From Octopus vulgaris (lineage: Eukaryota), in the NCBI GenBank assembly GCA_951406725.2, contig OX597817.1:132246001-132310000 (forward strand): a stretch of 64,000 bases of DNA. Reading direction: 5' to 3'. Both the position numbers and the translations under genes were made by a program. The notes below the pieces were generated by a model, which was given only the letters and a program-made list of their open reading frames with translations, made no database searches and was not told where the DNA came from. Below are positions 15,269 through 28,652 of this stretch, one piece after another (the stretch's first letter is position 1; every line of letters begins with the position of its first letter).

Positions 15269-15490
15269 GGCGACGACCTGGCGGATTCATTAGCACTTTG
15301 GATAAAACTACTGGGCGGTATTTCTTGCGGCTCTTTATGTTCTGTGTTCAAATTTTCGCAAAGTTGACCTTGCTTTTCATTCTTCCAGCATCGAGAAAAT
15401 AAGTCCCAAGTGAGCACCGAAGTAAATGTAATCGACTTATCTCCCCCCACCTTCTAAAATTACTCTCCTTATGCCAAACTTTGAAACTAT
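15269..15490 (+). mobile_element. SINE family A, diverged
   Basis: GGCGACGACCTGGCGGATTCATTAGCAC head, GTTCAAATT box and GTTGACCTTGCTTTTCAT core. Confidence 0.7.
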
Positions 15491-16100
15491 AATTAAAACA
15501 CAACCATCTTTTTTTTTTGTCTACAAAGAGAAGAAAAGAAAGAAAAGAGGGAAGAAAAAAGATTCGGATGTCGATTGAAATATCGAAATAGTTTCGGTAA
15601 TTATTTCTTCATCAGAGATCGGTTTCTTATTTTTCTGCCAACAAGGTGAATAGTAGCTCCTTGCTATTCATAGTATACACAAATTCTAAAACTGCTGAAT
15701 CGGTCGTCTTATATTTCAAAGTAGAGCGACGTTCGTTAATTACGTAAATGAAGCATAACAGAGGGTTTCACCTCCTATTCTCATTTACTCGTTTTCTGAT
15801 TTCAGTAATTGGATTGTTCTCATGCTGGGGTATAGCAGCGTTGAAAACGATGACACTTTTATTCTCTGGGACTCTTGTACCTACTTTCTCGTTCGCTTGT
15901 GGCCTAGCAGTGGAATGATAAATGCAAACGCAAATAAGCGCAGACATAAACAAACGAAGGATTCTAACAATTTCCTTCCATTAAATTTACTCACAAAGCA
16001 TTAGTCAGTCCGAGACCGTGGCAGAAGAAACTCACCTGAAACGACGTAGTTGCGAAGCAAATATCTTAATATCACAACCTTTGCGTGAGTCTCAATCAAA

Positions 16101-16170
16101 TACCTCGGGCCGACCAAAGCTCTATCAGTGGATTTGGTAGGCGGAAACTGAAAGAAGCCCGATGTATATA
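16101..16170 (+). mobile_element. SINE family B fragment
   Basis: CCTCGGGCCGACCAAAGC..GTGGATTTGGTAGGCGGAAACTGAAAGAAGCCCG matches 19077-19140. Confidence 0.75.
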
Positions 16171-16367
16171 CATATATAAATATATATATATATGCACACA
16201 CAAAATATGGGTGTGTAGTTCAAAGGTGATCTAATCGGATAGGTATGCTGGGTAAGTGCTGTAATGGATTACCAGGGTTCCAAGCTCGTAACCGAGACGT
16301 GAGTTATGGTACTATAGAACTATTATAGATTCCGATATAGCGGATATAAATATGCATATATATATAT

Positions 16368-16410
<43 letters not shown>

Positions 16411-16858
16411 ATATTTGTCTATACACACACACACACACAAACGTATATATATATGAGCATGGACATACTCCTATGTATACACCTAAGTATACTCAGATGT
16501 ATGTATATGTGTGTATTTAGGAGTAGACATCTACATTTCGTGTGTATATGCAAAACATACACATGCACTTGCACCTACGCATCATGACGAAGTAACATCA
16601 TGCCACCGTCTGTTTATTTTATTTTCACTTTTGTGTGAATTGGGTCTATTCAATACGGAGAATGCAACACTGAGGTGAGGTGCCTCACAATCGCATTTCA
16701 ATCCATTTTGCATATTTTCATAAATAGAAAAAAAAATTAGCCTTGAAATGTGCATACATAATTGTTTACAATTGCATGTTTGGTTATATAACAAAGAACA
16801 CCTCTGCAGAAATGGTCAGACACAATACACACGCACGCACGCACACACACATACTAAC

Positions 16859-16935
<77 letters not shown>

Positions 16936-17219
16936 CATTCACATACATACACATACAAACAATCCGAAATAAATGCAAGGTAAATCAGAAGAAAACAAAT
17001 ATGTAAATTAATGTAGATTTAACATACATGCACATCGGCAACATTCGTCAATTCTTGAAAATGGGGTCATAAACCCGAAATATTGAATACAAGGTAAGTC
17101 TACATTAATTCACATATTTGCTTTCTTGTGATTTACCTTGCATTTACTTCGCAGTGTTTGGCCTCAGCCACGATCTCTTATGCAACATATTCTAAACAAT
17201 GCTTCATAGTAATTATTTC

Positions 17220-17311
<92 letters not shown>

Positions 17312-17329
17312 CAGATATATAGGTTCGAT

Positions 17330-17582
17330 GGGGCTACTACAAAGAGGACAGAACATCGGGAGATCCATGCGAAGAATATCATTTCAGAACACACTCGAGA
17401 ACCGAGTGGAGTGAACGATGTGATCGTAAAGTACCGAAAGTACAAGGTCTGCTGGTTCAAACATGTTGCAAGGGTCACAGTCAACAGACGGACCCGTGCA
17501 GTTGCCGAGTGATATCCAAAAGACCGGAAAAGGCCAGTTGGATGGCCTCCACGGCGATGGGGAGTCGATTTAGTCAAGCAAT
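17330..17582 (+). mobile_element. RTE-clade LINE fragment
   Basis: Very similar to 19528-19805 (VNDVIVKYRKYKVCW..NRRTRAVAE*YPKDRKRPVGWPPRRW). Confidence 0.85.
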
Positions 17583-17872
17583 GGTCTATCCATAACACTT
17601 ACCATTACCTGACACCTTTTGGTCTTACTGACACCATTACCTCTCGTAGCTTCTCTCTCTCTATATATATATATATGTGTGTGTGTCTGTGTGTGTGTAT
17701 GTATGTATGTATGTATGTATGTATGTATATACTCGCATCCGAGTATGCGCGCGTGCATATATGTATGTATATACGTACATAAATATATGTGTATATGTGT
17801 GTGTATATACATTGATGTATGTATATATATATATATGTACGTATTCCTTTATTTATCTTCTACATATGTAAC

Positions 17873-17934
<62 letters not shown>

Positions 17935-18807
17935 TGTGTTTGTGTGTGTGCGTGAGTATGCGTTGTGTGTACATTTATGAGCATAGATCCCTTCGTCCAT
18001 CCCTCCAGAAGTCGCTTGGCTGTTGGTGTTTTTTTTTTAAACAGCCAATTACAGCAAATGAGAAAATTGATTGCCTGCTGAACATTTGATACGTTATCGA
18101 ATATTTATCAAACTGTAAATTGAGTGAAAATATAAACCAGTAAATAATATTACAAAGAAATACCTAAACAAATCAATCAGGAAGGAAAAGAGAAATAAGA
18201 AAAAACAAACAAGAGGAAGATGAAGATGACGGAGGGTTGGGGCTGGGATATGTGGAAGGTGGCGGTAGTAAAAGCAATAATAGAAAATTCATTTTTATGA
18301 TTAATATGCTGAGTTGCAAGCGATAGCTGAGATATAAAGTGATAGGTAGGTTACGAAGTGGGAATGTGTATCAGGCTTCTATCTGTAGCGTTGTCACGCA
18401 ATGGAAATAAAAATATTATGCTCCTTGATACACACACATATATATGAAAAAATATATATAATAGAGCAGTAAATATAATAAAGATTTAGAAATATTAAAA
18501 ACAAAAATCAACCTGAAAGTTTTCTACAGATTTATCAAAAAAGACAAGTTCAATCCAATGCTGTTATTCTCGGGGAACGGTTCAATTAATGCAGATTTTT
18601 CTCGCAGTTGATAAGTGAAATAATGAACGACGATTTCAACTGTGACATTTTTATCTTCTACCTCTCATGCAAATATATGAAGCACGAAATTGTATCCATC
18701 TCACAACTTTTCACGAGTGACCAGTAGCAATTAATTACCTCAGTGTCTAAGTGGGATTAATATCTTTCGTATGGGCCCTGCTCACGTGACAACTATAAAA
18801 TTATATA

Positions 18808-19916
18808 TATGCAATCAGAAGACGTAGCACAAGAGCGAATAGATGTGGGGAGCAACGAAATTGAGGAGGTAAAGGAGTACGTCTACCTAGGGTACCTAGG
18901 GTACACAGTGAATATGAGCCGAGGTAGGGATGCTGAAATCTCAAAGTGAATAAAAGCAGGATGAAAAGCATTTATAGGCGTAGGAGTGGCTATGTGGTAA
19001 TAGCTTGCTTACGAACCACATGGTTCCGGGTTCAGTCCCACTGCGTGGCACCTTGGGCAAGTGTCTTCTACTATAGCCTCGGGCCGACCAAAGCCTTGTG
19101 AGTGGATTTGGTAGACGGAAACTGAAAGAAGCTCGTCGTATATAAGTATATATATATATGTGTGTGTGTGTATGTATGTATGTATGTATGTATGTATGTA
19201 TGTATGTATGTATGTATGTATATGTGTTTGTGTGTCTGTGTTTATCCCCCCAGCATCGCTTGACAACAAATGTTTACGGCCCTGTAACTTAGCTGTTCGG
19301 CAAAACAGACCGATAGAATAAGTACTTGGCTTACAAAGAATAAGTCCTGGGGTCGATTTGCTCGACTAAAGGCGGTGCTCCAGCATGGCCACAGTCAAAT
19401 GACTGAAACAAATAAAAGAGTAAAAGAGTAAGAGTAAAGGATGTTCTCAAAACAAAGCTAGACAATGCCATACGTTCCAAATTCTTTAACAGCACCGTCC
19501 TACCTACGCTCTTATACGCACGTAAGACGGGCTGCTACAAAAAGGACAGAACATCAATTCGTAACGAGGCAAAGGACCAGAGGGAGGGTCATGTCAGGAA
19601 TATCATTACGAGAACACACTCAAGAATATGTGGAGTGAACGATGTGATTGCAAAGTACCGAAAGTACAAGGTCTGCTGGTCCAAACATGTTGCAAAGGTT
19701 ACAGTCAACAGATGGACCCGTGCAGTTGCCGAGTGGTATCCAAAAGACCGGAAATGGCCAGTTGGATGGCCTCCACGGCGATGGGGAGTCGATTTAGTCA
19801 AGCAATTTGGTTCAAGATGGAAAAGAATTGCACAATCAAGACATAATTGGAAACGCATTGTGACCAGCGGGGTACAAAAGCATCTAATGATCTAGTCGAT
19901 ACTCTGATACTGTGAT
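18808..19916 (+). mobile_element. Decayed RTE-clade LINE 3' portion, interrupted by a SINE
   Basis: The 5' part reads EIEEVKEYVYLG(YLG)..DAEISK*IKAG*KAF. After the SINE it reads VKDVLK..FFNSTVLPTLLYA and RWTRAVAEWYPKDRKWPVGWPPRRW..WKRIAQSRHNWK, which are typical RTE RT C-terminal motifs. Confidence 0.9.
18977..19434 (+). mobile_element. SINE family B, full length (tRNA head, CORE-like segment, internal microsatellite)
   Basis: Head GGCGTAGGAGTGGCTATGTGGTAA..GGTTCAGTCCC, CORE-like GGCACCTTGGGCAAGTGTCTT, internal (TA)/(TG)/(TATG)n and a (TAAAAGAG)n tail. Confidence 0.92.
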
Positions 19917-20424
19917 TTAAGTGGAATTAATTTGTATCACATGCGTCCTACTCATGTAATAAGTTTAAAGAATTATAAAATTTTTATGTCTTATGTCTGT
20001 CATGAGTCCAAGGATTTATGTGGCATATAATGACACCACAAAATTCCCAGCGTCGCTGAGTTAAATTCCCAGCTATTTTGGGGATTCACTTACGGCTAAA
20101 TGAGTGGCACAACTTAAAATGGACTGGGTTTTTTTTTACCTCTAGAAAACAACACACAAGCAAGTCCGGGAATCGAAGGTGCGATCTTGCGAACGTGAAT
20201 GCAACACCTTATACATTCGGTCATCTGCTTTAGTTACTTAACTCCGATGTGTTTAAAAAGAAAAAAAAAACAAGCTCTTATTTGTAACTACACCCATAGA
20301 ACAGCATTCTCACTTGGTCCCTAACCCCACCCCTAGATTTGTCTTCATTTTTTTCCTCTTTTTCTCAGTTTTTACTCATTCTAATCGTTCCTATCATTCT
20401 TATCATTCCTCTCCCTTCATCTAT

Positions 20425-20468
20425 AATTTTCTTCTGATGAAGAACCAGCCTCTGAAACGTTAAAATTT
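20425..20468 (+). ncRNA. Minimal hammerhead-like motif in a putative Penelope-like terminal repeat
   Basis: CTGATGA (20434-20440), stem II AGA/TCT, GAAA (20454-20457), then palindromic AACGTT. Stem I is weak and AT-only. A pyrimidine-rich leader precedes it. Confidence 0.45.
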
Positions 20469-20607
20469 TTACTTCCCTCTTGGGCATTTAACTAATATAG
20501 TGTTTGCTCAAACTTGTCGTTCCTTTGTTGGCTTTCTTCTTTTTGCCTTTCTTCATTTTCTGCAGATTACATACACACACATAAATACATACCTACATAT
20601 AACACGT

Positions 20608-20712
<105 letters not shown>

Positions 20713-21226
20713 ACACATATAAGCATATTTATCTGTATGTATATACACCGGTAGAATTTCCAAGGGAGAGGAAATGTTATTCAGCAGACAAACTAAAATG
20801 CCAAGCGTAGCTTTCGATCCTGTCATCTCCCATAACTGTCTTATATAATAAAATACCAAATGGAAAATGGTTAATTTGGAACAAGAAAGAATTTTCCGAG
20901 TAATACTTGTATAATCAATTAGAACGGTTCAGGCATCGAGAGCCTCTGAAATTCATATTTTGGTTTTTCTACTCAGATCGGTAACACAATTGATTTGCTC
21001 CGTTTGGGAGACATAATGCAAATTCTCCATTACTTCGGCCATAGCTATTTCTCGTTGTCACCGTTTTTCAAGTTATTCTTGCTACTGTTGTCGTCGTTGT
21101 TAATGTTGTGGCTATAAGCTGGTTGTTGACATGCTTAAGGCATTAATATTCTTGCTGTTCTGCTCATAACAACAATCTAATGACAACTACAAGCGTTCGA
21201 GTCTCTCAACAGCACATATTGACGCG

Positions 21227-21267
<41 letters not shown>

Positions 21268-22194
21268 GCACACACGCTCACACATACATATACACACACG
21301 CACACACACTCAAACACACATATACACACTTGCACACATATATTCCTTTCCAGTACTTCGCCCGTTAAATAGATCGTTACTCGTTAGGTATTTGAATTAT
21401 AGTGCATTATTGTGCATTGTCATTTCCGAATATCTGCAACACGCAGGGAAAAAGAAAACGAGAGACAAAGAGATAAGCAATCAAACAGACAAATAGAGAA
21501 AGAGAGGCAGAGATAGCAAGAGAAAGAGAGAGGGGAGGAGGAGGAGGAGAGAAACAAAGAAAGGAAAGGAAATAAATAGAAGCAGACGAAAGGAAAGCAA
21601 AGTCCCTCAGTGGTCGGGTTTTAATGCACATCGTCAAGTTGGTGATATCTAATGTTTGGTTTGTCTACAATAGGGAAATCATCGCCATTAATGAGGCAAA
21701 GATTAGCCATACATACCATGTCCGCGATTGTAAATGTTATAATATATACTTTCTCATCTCTCTTGCCACATTATCTTCACCCCTTTTACCCCGAGATGCC
21801 TCTAATCTTATTTGCTTGTGACGATGGAAATTCTGCTTGATAAATATGAGAGAACGTGACAAACGCCTAGAGAGGCCATTTTAGGTTCTCTCATATACAA
21901 TCTGTTGAAAGAGTGATCGTAAGGCGACGCTGCACAATGTACATTCATACATACATACATACATACATACATACATACATACATACATGTGTATTTGTGC
22001 AGTATGTGTGTGTGTGTGTGTGCTTGTGAGTGCGTGTTTTTACACATATATACAGACGACAAGAGTCAGTGTAAGACTAAGAAGAATTATCTATACTCAC
22101 CCCCGACCTGTTCTCATACATACATACATACATATATGCAAACATGCATACACATTTATGCATACATAAATTAATATAATACATATATATGTAT

Positions 22195-22239
<45 letters not shown>

Positions 22240-22839
22240 CATATAAATGATATGTATAGCTATATGTATATATATGCACAATATGTAAGCACACATTGAT
22301 ACATATATTTATATAAGTTATCACGTACAAATACACACGGGAATTAATTGATATTATAAATATGCATAAATGTATGCGAGCATATATATATGTGTGTGTG
22401 TGTGTGTATAAATATATATGTATATATTAGTATCGTGTGTATACTTATATAATGATAATATCGAGATGATATCAAAATGATATATAAACAAATCCGACAG
22501 TTTATTTACTGACACGAAAACACGTAGACGGCTGCTTCACCCCTGTACAATACAGTTATTGCAACAGACTGGCAACGCTCAGGCCCCCTCGCACAATTCT
22601 ATTAAGCTGTCCTACAGTTTCCCTGGCACATATCCTTTGACATCTATTGTCAAAGAGGTACGGCAACGTGCACAGACACACGCTTATGCGCATGCGCGTG
22701 CACGTACTCAAACACATACACGTACTCACGCGTGCGCATGCACACACACACACACACACAACGCACATGTAATCATACACATATATATTAAAACACACAT
22801 GTGAATCCACGAATTCATAAGCACACACATACGTTGATA

Positions 22840-22900
<61 letters not shown>

Positions 22901-23974
22901 GTATGTATGCATGTATATATGTATATATATATATATATGTATATATATTTATATATCTGTGTGTGTGTGTGTGTACACACATACGCACACACAAACACAT
23001 ATATATATGTACTCAAGCGTACGTTCCTATTTGATATTATACACACATGAATTTATACACACACGTATATATGAATACAAATGTACATGAAAATACACAT
23101 GTACGAACAAAAAGCTGTACAAATACGCTACATTCGCATAGAAATACATGCATACCTACCTACATACACACATACATGCATACATACATACATACATACA
23201 TGCATGCATTCAAACATGAATACATACAAACATCCATACATACATACATACATACATGCATGCATGCATACATACATACATACATACATACATACATACA
23301 TACATACATACATACATACGAATTGCAGTATGCATATACATGCATCTACCAACGCAGATATATGAGCTCACCATTGAAAACACATACACAGAAGCGTATA
23401 CGCATGGCTGTGTACATAATATACATAATAGATGCATAGAAGTGTACAGTTACAGATATCAATACATATATACATACAAAAACACATACACATACATACA
23501 TATTACGATATCACTTAAAAATTTCCATATATCTTTCCTTGTGGTTTTCCATTTCCCTAAAACGTTTTACGTTCAGTTATTTCGCTTCATAGCATTTCTA
23601 GAAAATTCCATACAATTCGCTATGTATTAATAATTATGTATTCACTCACACACTCGATATTTCGGTTGCATTTAGTTTTTTTCGCGTGGGTTTTAATGTG
23701 TTTTTCACATAAGTTTTAGGATTATATATTTGTTCGCATATAATAGTTCTAATTGTTTCAGGTGTATCGCTGGAAAGTGAAAAGGGTAAATAGAAAACGG
23801 AAAAAAAATGAAAGTTTAAAAAATTACCTTAAACAGAAGTTTGATTCATAATGTAGCTACTTTATTATTCGTTTGGATTCAATAAAGCATTTATGTTTAT
23901 TTATGATTACACACACACACACATGTATGTATATATGTATATATGTATTAATATATATATATAGGTATGTATAT

Positions 23975-24005
<31 letters not shown>

Positions 24006-24127
24006 TATATATATATATAAAAATTCAGGGTGAATACTTGATAATTGTAAGCACCTGTATATACCATTTAGTGGTGTAGGTGGTAGAGTATATTAATCAA
24101 AATAAAAAACATGATGCCAAGGATTCA

Positions 24128-24205
24128 GCGGTACATATGTTTCGGGCCTTTATTAGACGGATTTATAACAATGCATAATGTGTGTCTATGGCCTTCTTCA
24201 GCCGT
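24128..24205 (-). ncRNA. Type I minimal hammerhead ribozyme motif (antisense copy)
   Basis: Reverse complement reads acgg-CTGAAGA-aggcc..ggccc-GAAA-catatg-TA-ccgc; stem I is reduced to 3 bp. Confidence 0.6.
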
Positions 24206-24384
24206 GTACAATTACTGCTTCAAGGACATGTATTACATTATAAGTTTTACGTTGGGGATGCAAATCTTCACAGTCGCGTACGACAGGGTGGGGCACTAGC
24301 ACAAAAACGAAGCGTCCATCTCATCTCTCACTCGATAACGTAAAACTTATAATGTAATACATGTCCTTGAAGTAGTAATTGTAC

Positions 24385-24462
24385 GCGGCTGAAGAAGGCC
24401 ATAGACACACATTATGCATTGTTATAAATCCGTCTAATAAAGGCCCGAAACATATGTACCGC
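24385..24462 (+). ncRNA. Type I minimal hammerhead ribozyme motif
   Basis: Stem I GCGG/CCGC, core CTGAAGA (24389-24395), stem II GGCC/GGCC with a ~40 nt insert, GAAA (24447-24450), palindromic stem III ACATATGT, predicted cleavage after GUA at 24458. Confidence 0.7.
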
Positions 24463-24492
24463 TGAATCCTTGGCATCATGTTTTTATTTTGA

Positions 24493-24536
<44 letters not shown>

Positions 24537-24544
24537 TATATAAA

Positions 24545-24915
<371 letters not shown>

Positions 24916-24929
24916 ATTAGATTATATAT

Positions 24930-25137
24930 TCTTTTACTTGTTTCAGTCATTTGACTGCTGCGGCCACGCTGGAGCACTGCCTTTAGTCGGACAAATCGAC
25001 CCCAAGACATTCTTAGTTGTAAGCCTGGTACTTATTCGATCGGTCTATTTTACCGAACCGCTAAGTTACGAGGATATAAACACTAGCATCTGTTGTCAAG
25101 CGATGATGGTGGGGGTCAAACACAGACACACACACAC

Positions 25138-25209
<72 letters not shown>

Positions 25210-25252
25210 GACGGGATTGTTCCAGTTTCCGTTTATCACATCCACTCACAAA
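24930..25252 (-). mobile_element. SINE family B, 5' truncated
   Basis: Reverse complement of the body and tail of 19100-19434, with an internal microsatellite. Confidence 0.85.
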
Positions 25253-25476
25253 ATGAGGTCGCAATCACTCGATCTTGTGGTCTCAGAGCTAGAATAGAAA
25301 GCAGTTCACTTCCCCCTTGCAATATATATTGAGTGCAAAACACTCTGAATAACTAACTGGAGGATGTGACCTCCTCGGTTTAATATAGCAGTATTGCCTG
25401 TTCTTATAGAACACCTACGTTTAGGTGGTGATAAACATTACCTCTTTCTCTCTCTCTCTCTCTCCCTCTCTCTGTA

Positions 25477-25519
<43 letters not shown>

Positions 25520-26314
25520 TTAATTTTTTAAAAACCAAGAAAAAATGCAGGAAAAGAATAACAACGCGAGGACGTAGTAAATGCAAATATTAATGAGATG
25601 CTCAGGAAAAGAAAGAAAGTGTGGTTGTTTTATGTTTCGAGCAAAGCTCTTTTTCGGGAACAGGAGACATAGGAAAGTCGACAAGAAAGGGAAGAAGGAG
25701 GAAAAAACAAAACACCGACAGTCCACGTGTAGTTACATACATCACCATTACCATTTGTTTTCTAAATAGAAACGAGAGAAACAGAAATAAATAAATGTAT
25801 AATAAAAGTGTAATAAAGGACCTCAGTTGTTCTGTGAAAGCTGTGAAATAATTTTGTTGTTGCAGCATTCGGAGAGACAACGGTCTATTTTAGATGCAAC
25901 AGAACATTTATTTTAATATCGGTCATTCAACACAAATTAGCAAAAATTCTATTGTTTCTAATCAAAAACTCATATTCTTATTTTTTGTGGATGCCGCTTG
26001 CTTGAGAGTTCCGGTTACTAGAGCACCGGATAAGAGGGAGCATACTCTGTGTGTGTGTATGTATATATGTATATATGTATATATGTGAGTGTGTGCGTGT
26101 GCGCGCGTTTGTGTATGTGTTTCTATGTATATATATACATATATATGTGCATATATATATATGTATATAAATATATGCATAAATATACGTATATTCATAT
26201 GTATATATGTACATGTATTTAATACATATATGTGTGTGTTTTATATATGTATGTATATGTGAAGACGCGTGGCTTGAACGTTAGGGTGTTGCATTCACGA
26301 TCGCTATATATACG

Positions 26315-26381
<67 letters not shown>

Positions 26382-26395
26382 GCACACACACACAC

Positions 26396-26426
<31 letters not shown>

Positions 26427-26431
26427 AAAAA

Positions 26432-27085
26432 TAAAATAAAAATGAGGGTGAAAAACTGTATATTAGTTTAATATTATCAGTTTAACACCAATGGTTTAGC
26501 GCATAAAAAACTGAGATTCAGTAAATATTATTAATACATATATGAGAGGAAATCCACTAAACGTGAACTCCCTTACGCTAGCCACTAAAAGTTGTTCTCA
26601 AGAAAAAATTTAGCACAGCATGAACGTAAGCGGGCAGGACAAATGAAAAATAACAAAAATATAGATTAACCCCATACAATTGTTTCACTGTTAATAAATT
26701 ATGCAAATTTACTTACACAATTAATTTGCAGATCGTCAGTAGAGTCTGTCAAGAATATAATTTGTCGAACTGCACGCCATATATTATCACAGGGCTAAAA
26801 ATGCGAGCAGTACAGCCTATTACATTCATAGTTATATTCAAATGTCCTCGTCCAGCACGCCAAATTTCCGAATATAAATACCGCATAAACAGTAGTTAAC
26901 GCCGGTTTGAGAACAATATTAATTAAGAATTAAAATCAAAATGAGGGTGAAAAATTGTATATTAATTTAATAATATCAGTTTAACACCAATGGTTTAGCG
27001 CATAAAACACTGTGCTAAATTTTTTCTTGAGAACAACTTTTAGTGGCTAGTGTAAGGGAGTTCACTTTTAGTGGATTCCCTCTCA

Positions 27086-27092
<7 letters not shown>
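26432..27092. mobile_element. Penelope-like element remnant with direct plus inverted terminal-repeat pieces
   Basis: 26432-26511 is repeated directly at 26932-27011; 26535-26617 is repeated inverted at ~27010-27092. Contains a hammerhead motif and has (TA)n on both sides. Confidence 0.7.
26669..26745 (-). ncRNA. Type I minimal hammerhead ribozyme motif
   Basis: Minus strand reads ACTCTA-CTGACGA-tctg..cagt-GAAA-caattg-TA-TGGGGT. Stem I is 6 bp with two G-U pairs, stem III is the palindrome ACAATTGT, and the long stem-II insert holds a TGCAAATT/AATTTGCA hairpin. Confidence 0.62.
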
Positions 27093-27160
<68 letters not shown>

Positions 27161-27324
27161 TAGAAGGTTTGGAGATTACGTACAGGTATTTTATATTAGA
27201 AGAAATGAGGTACTCAGAAATTCGGATGGTTTTATATTTACAGATATTTATTTGTATATTACATGTTTTTATACATCATATATCATATATCATATATTAG
27301 CGCTCTCGTCCATTCTAGTTGAGT

Positions 27325-27362
<38 letters not shown>

Positions 27363-27419
27363 ATTCCAAGATTGCGTGCTTTGTTGTGCTCTTCAGCAAA
27401 TCACTTCATTTCACCTCGC

Positions 27420-27528
27420 CTAGTCAACGGGGTGGCGTTATTCGAAGACTAAAACAATGCAAAAGTGCATTGTGACCAGCGATGTGCAACAACATCTGAT
27501 AGCCTGGTCGGTCACGTGATGATGTGAT
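27420..27528 (+). mobile_element. SINE 3' tail related to the RTE 3' end
   Basis: GCATTGTGACCAGCGATGTGCAACAACATCTGATAGCCTGGTCG resembles the RTE end GCATTGTGACCAGCGGGGTACAAAAGCATCTAATGATCTAGTCG at 19855-19898. Confidence 0.6.
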
Positions 27529-27539
27529 ACATACATGCA

Positions 27540-27570
<31 letters not shown>

Positions 27571-27572
<2 letters not shown>

Positions 27573-28652
27573 TAAATAAAATGAGACAGCAAAGCCAAGG
27601 CTGTGTGGAATTTTTAGGACATTTATTAAGAAGAGTAGTGTAGCCTTACAGATGTTTCTGGGATATTAGGGACGGTGCTATGTCTTTTCATCCGACGTCA
27701 CCTCGTCAAAAGTCTTTTCATCCACTTATTTTCGTCCGATGTCTTTTTGACCGATGATACTTTTTGTCCAACGACAAATCCTATTAATAACATTCTCAAT
27801 GATAATTTGATTTTGATGTCCACCTTCAACTCTAAAAACTTTATTCAATTTGGACAAAAAAAAGATCATCGGACAAAAAGACCTCGAGCCGAAAGACATG
27901 GACCAAGTGACGTTCGACAAAGTGGCATCGGACGAAAAGTCGGGTCACGATTAGGGATATCCCTTCCACAGAGATGATATGAGAGAGTTAACTATAGGGA
28001 AAAAGTAGAGGAGTTATTTTGGAAAAGGGTAGATATATGAAGTATAAAGGGAAATAAGAGAATAAAAATTAAAATATGTGTAGGATATTACAGTTGCAGT
28101 TGCCTTATTCAAAGAAAGTGCTCTGTAGAATGGGTATGTAGATTTCGATAGGAATTCGTATTTTGTTATTACAAATGGATAGTGTGGAGAAATAAATTTC
28201 ATGTGCTGTTCATTCAAAGGAGTCTTCTTGCGGGAATGAAATTTTGAGAATATACTGGTAGGGGTAAGTAGATAGAGAGAAGAGAATAGATATGTATGTT
28301 AGGAGGAGATTGGTGTTAGTCAAAAGGAATAGGGGAGGAAAGAAGAAAGAAAGAAACCGGAAAAAAATGAAAAAAAGGATTGCTAGATGGTGGTCAAGAT
28401 ATCCTGAAGGGGACAGGAGAGGAGAGCTATCAAGATAAAAGGAATAGGGGAGAGATAGAAGGAAGAGATAAGAATGTAAGGAAGGAATATGTGTGGGAAC
28501 TGGGAAGTGGGGTGATATGTTTGAAAAGCACTAAAGTGGAGAAATAGGTATATCCCTAATATCCTAAAACAGCTGTAAGACTACCTTTCTCTTTATGAAT
28601 GTGACTATAAATCTCACCACAGCCTTAGCTTTGTTGTCACATTTTATTTAAC
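27571..28652 (-). mobile_element. Penelope-like remnant with ~100 bp diverged terminal inverted copies
   Basis: 27571-27672 is an imperfect reverse complement of ~28550-28652. The interior is purine-rich on the + strand, and a degenerate hammerhead is split by a MITE. Confidence 0.55.
27673..27949. mobile_element. MITE with 8-bp target-site duplication
   Basis: ATTAGGGA at 27665-27672 and 27950-27957. Imperfect TIRs built from repeated CTTTTC(A/G)TCC motifs on the left, with the inverse GGACGAAAAG / GGACAAAAAG on the right. Confidence 0.82.

Larger units (their letters stand above)
24089..24500. repeat. Near-perfect inverted repeat (arms 24089-24253 and 24337-24500), Penelope-like terminal repeat
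   Basis: The arms are reverse complements with about three differences by eye (mirrored ORFs MMPRIQRYICFG...). The spacer is 83 bp and the unit is flanked by TA-rich tracts. Confidence 0.92.

Noticed and set aside
17017-17099. Possible + strand exon ending AAG|GTAAGT
   Set aside because: All three frames contain stops; the sequence looks more like a decayed hammerhead/PLE relic.
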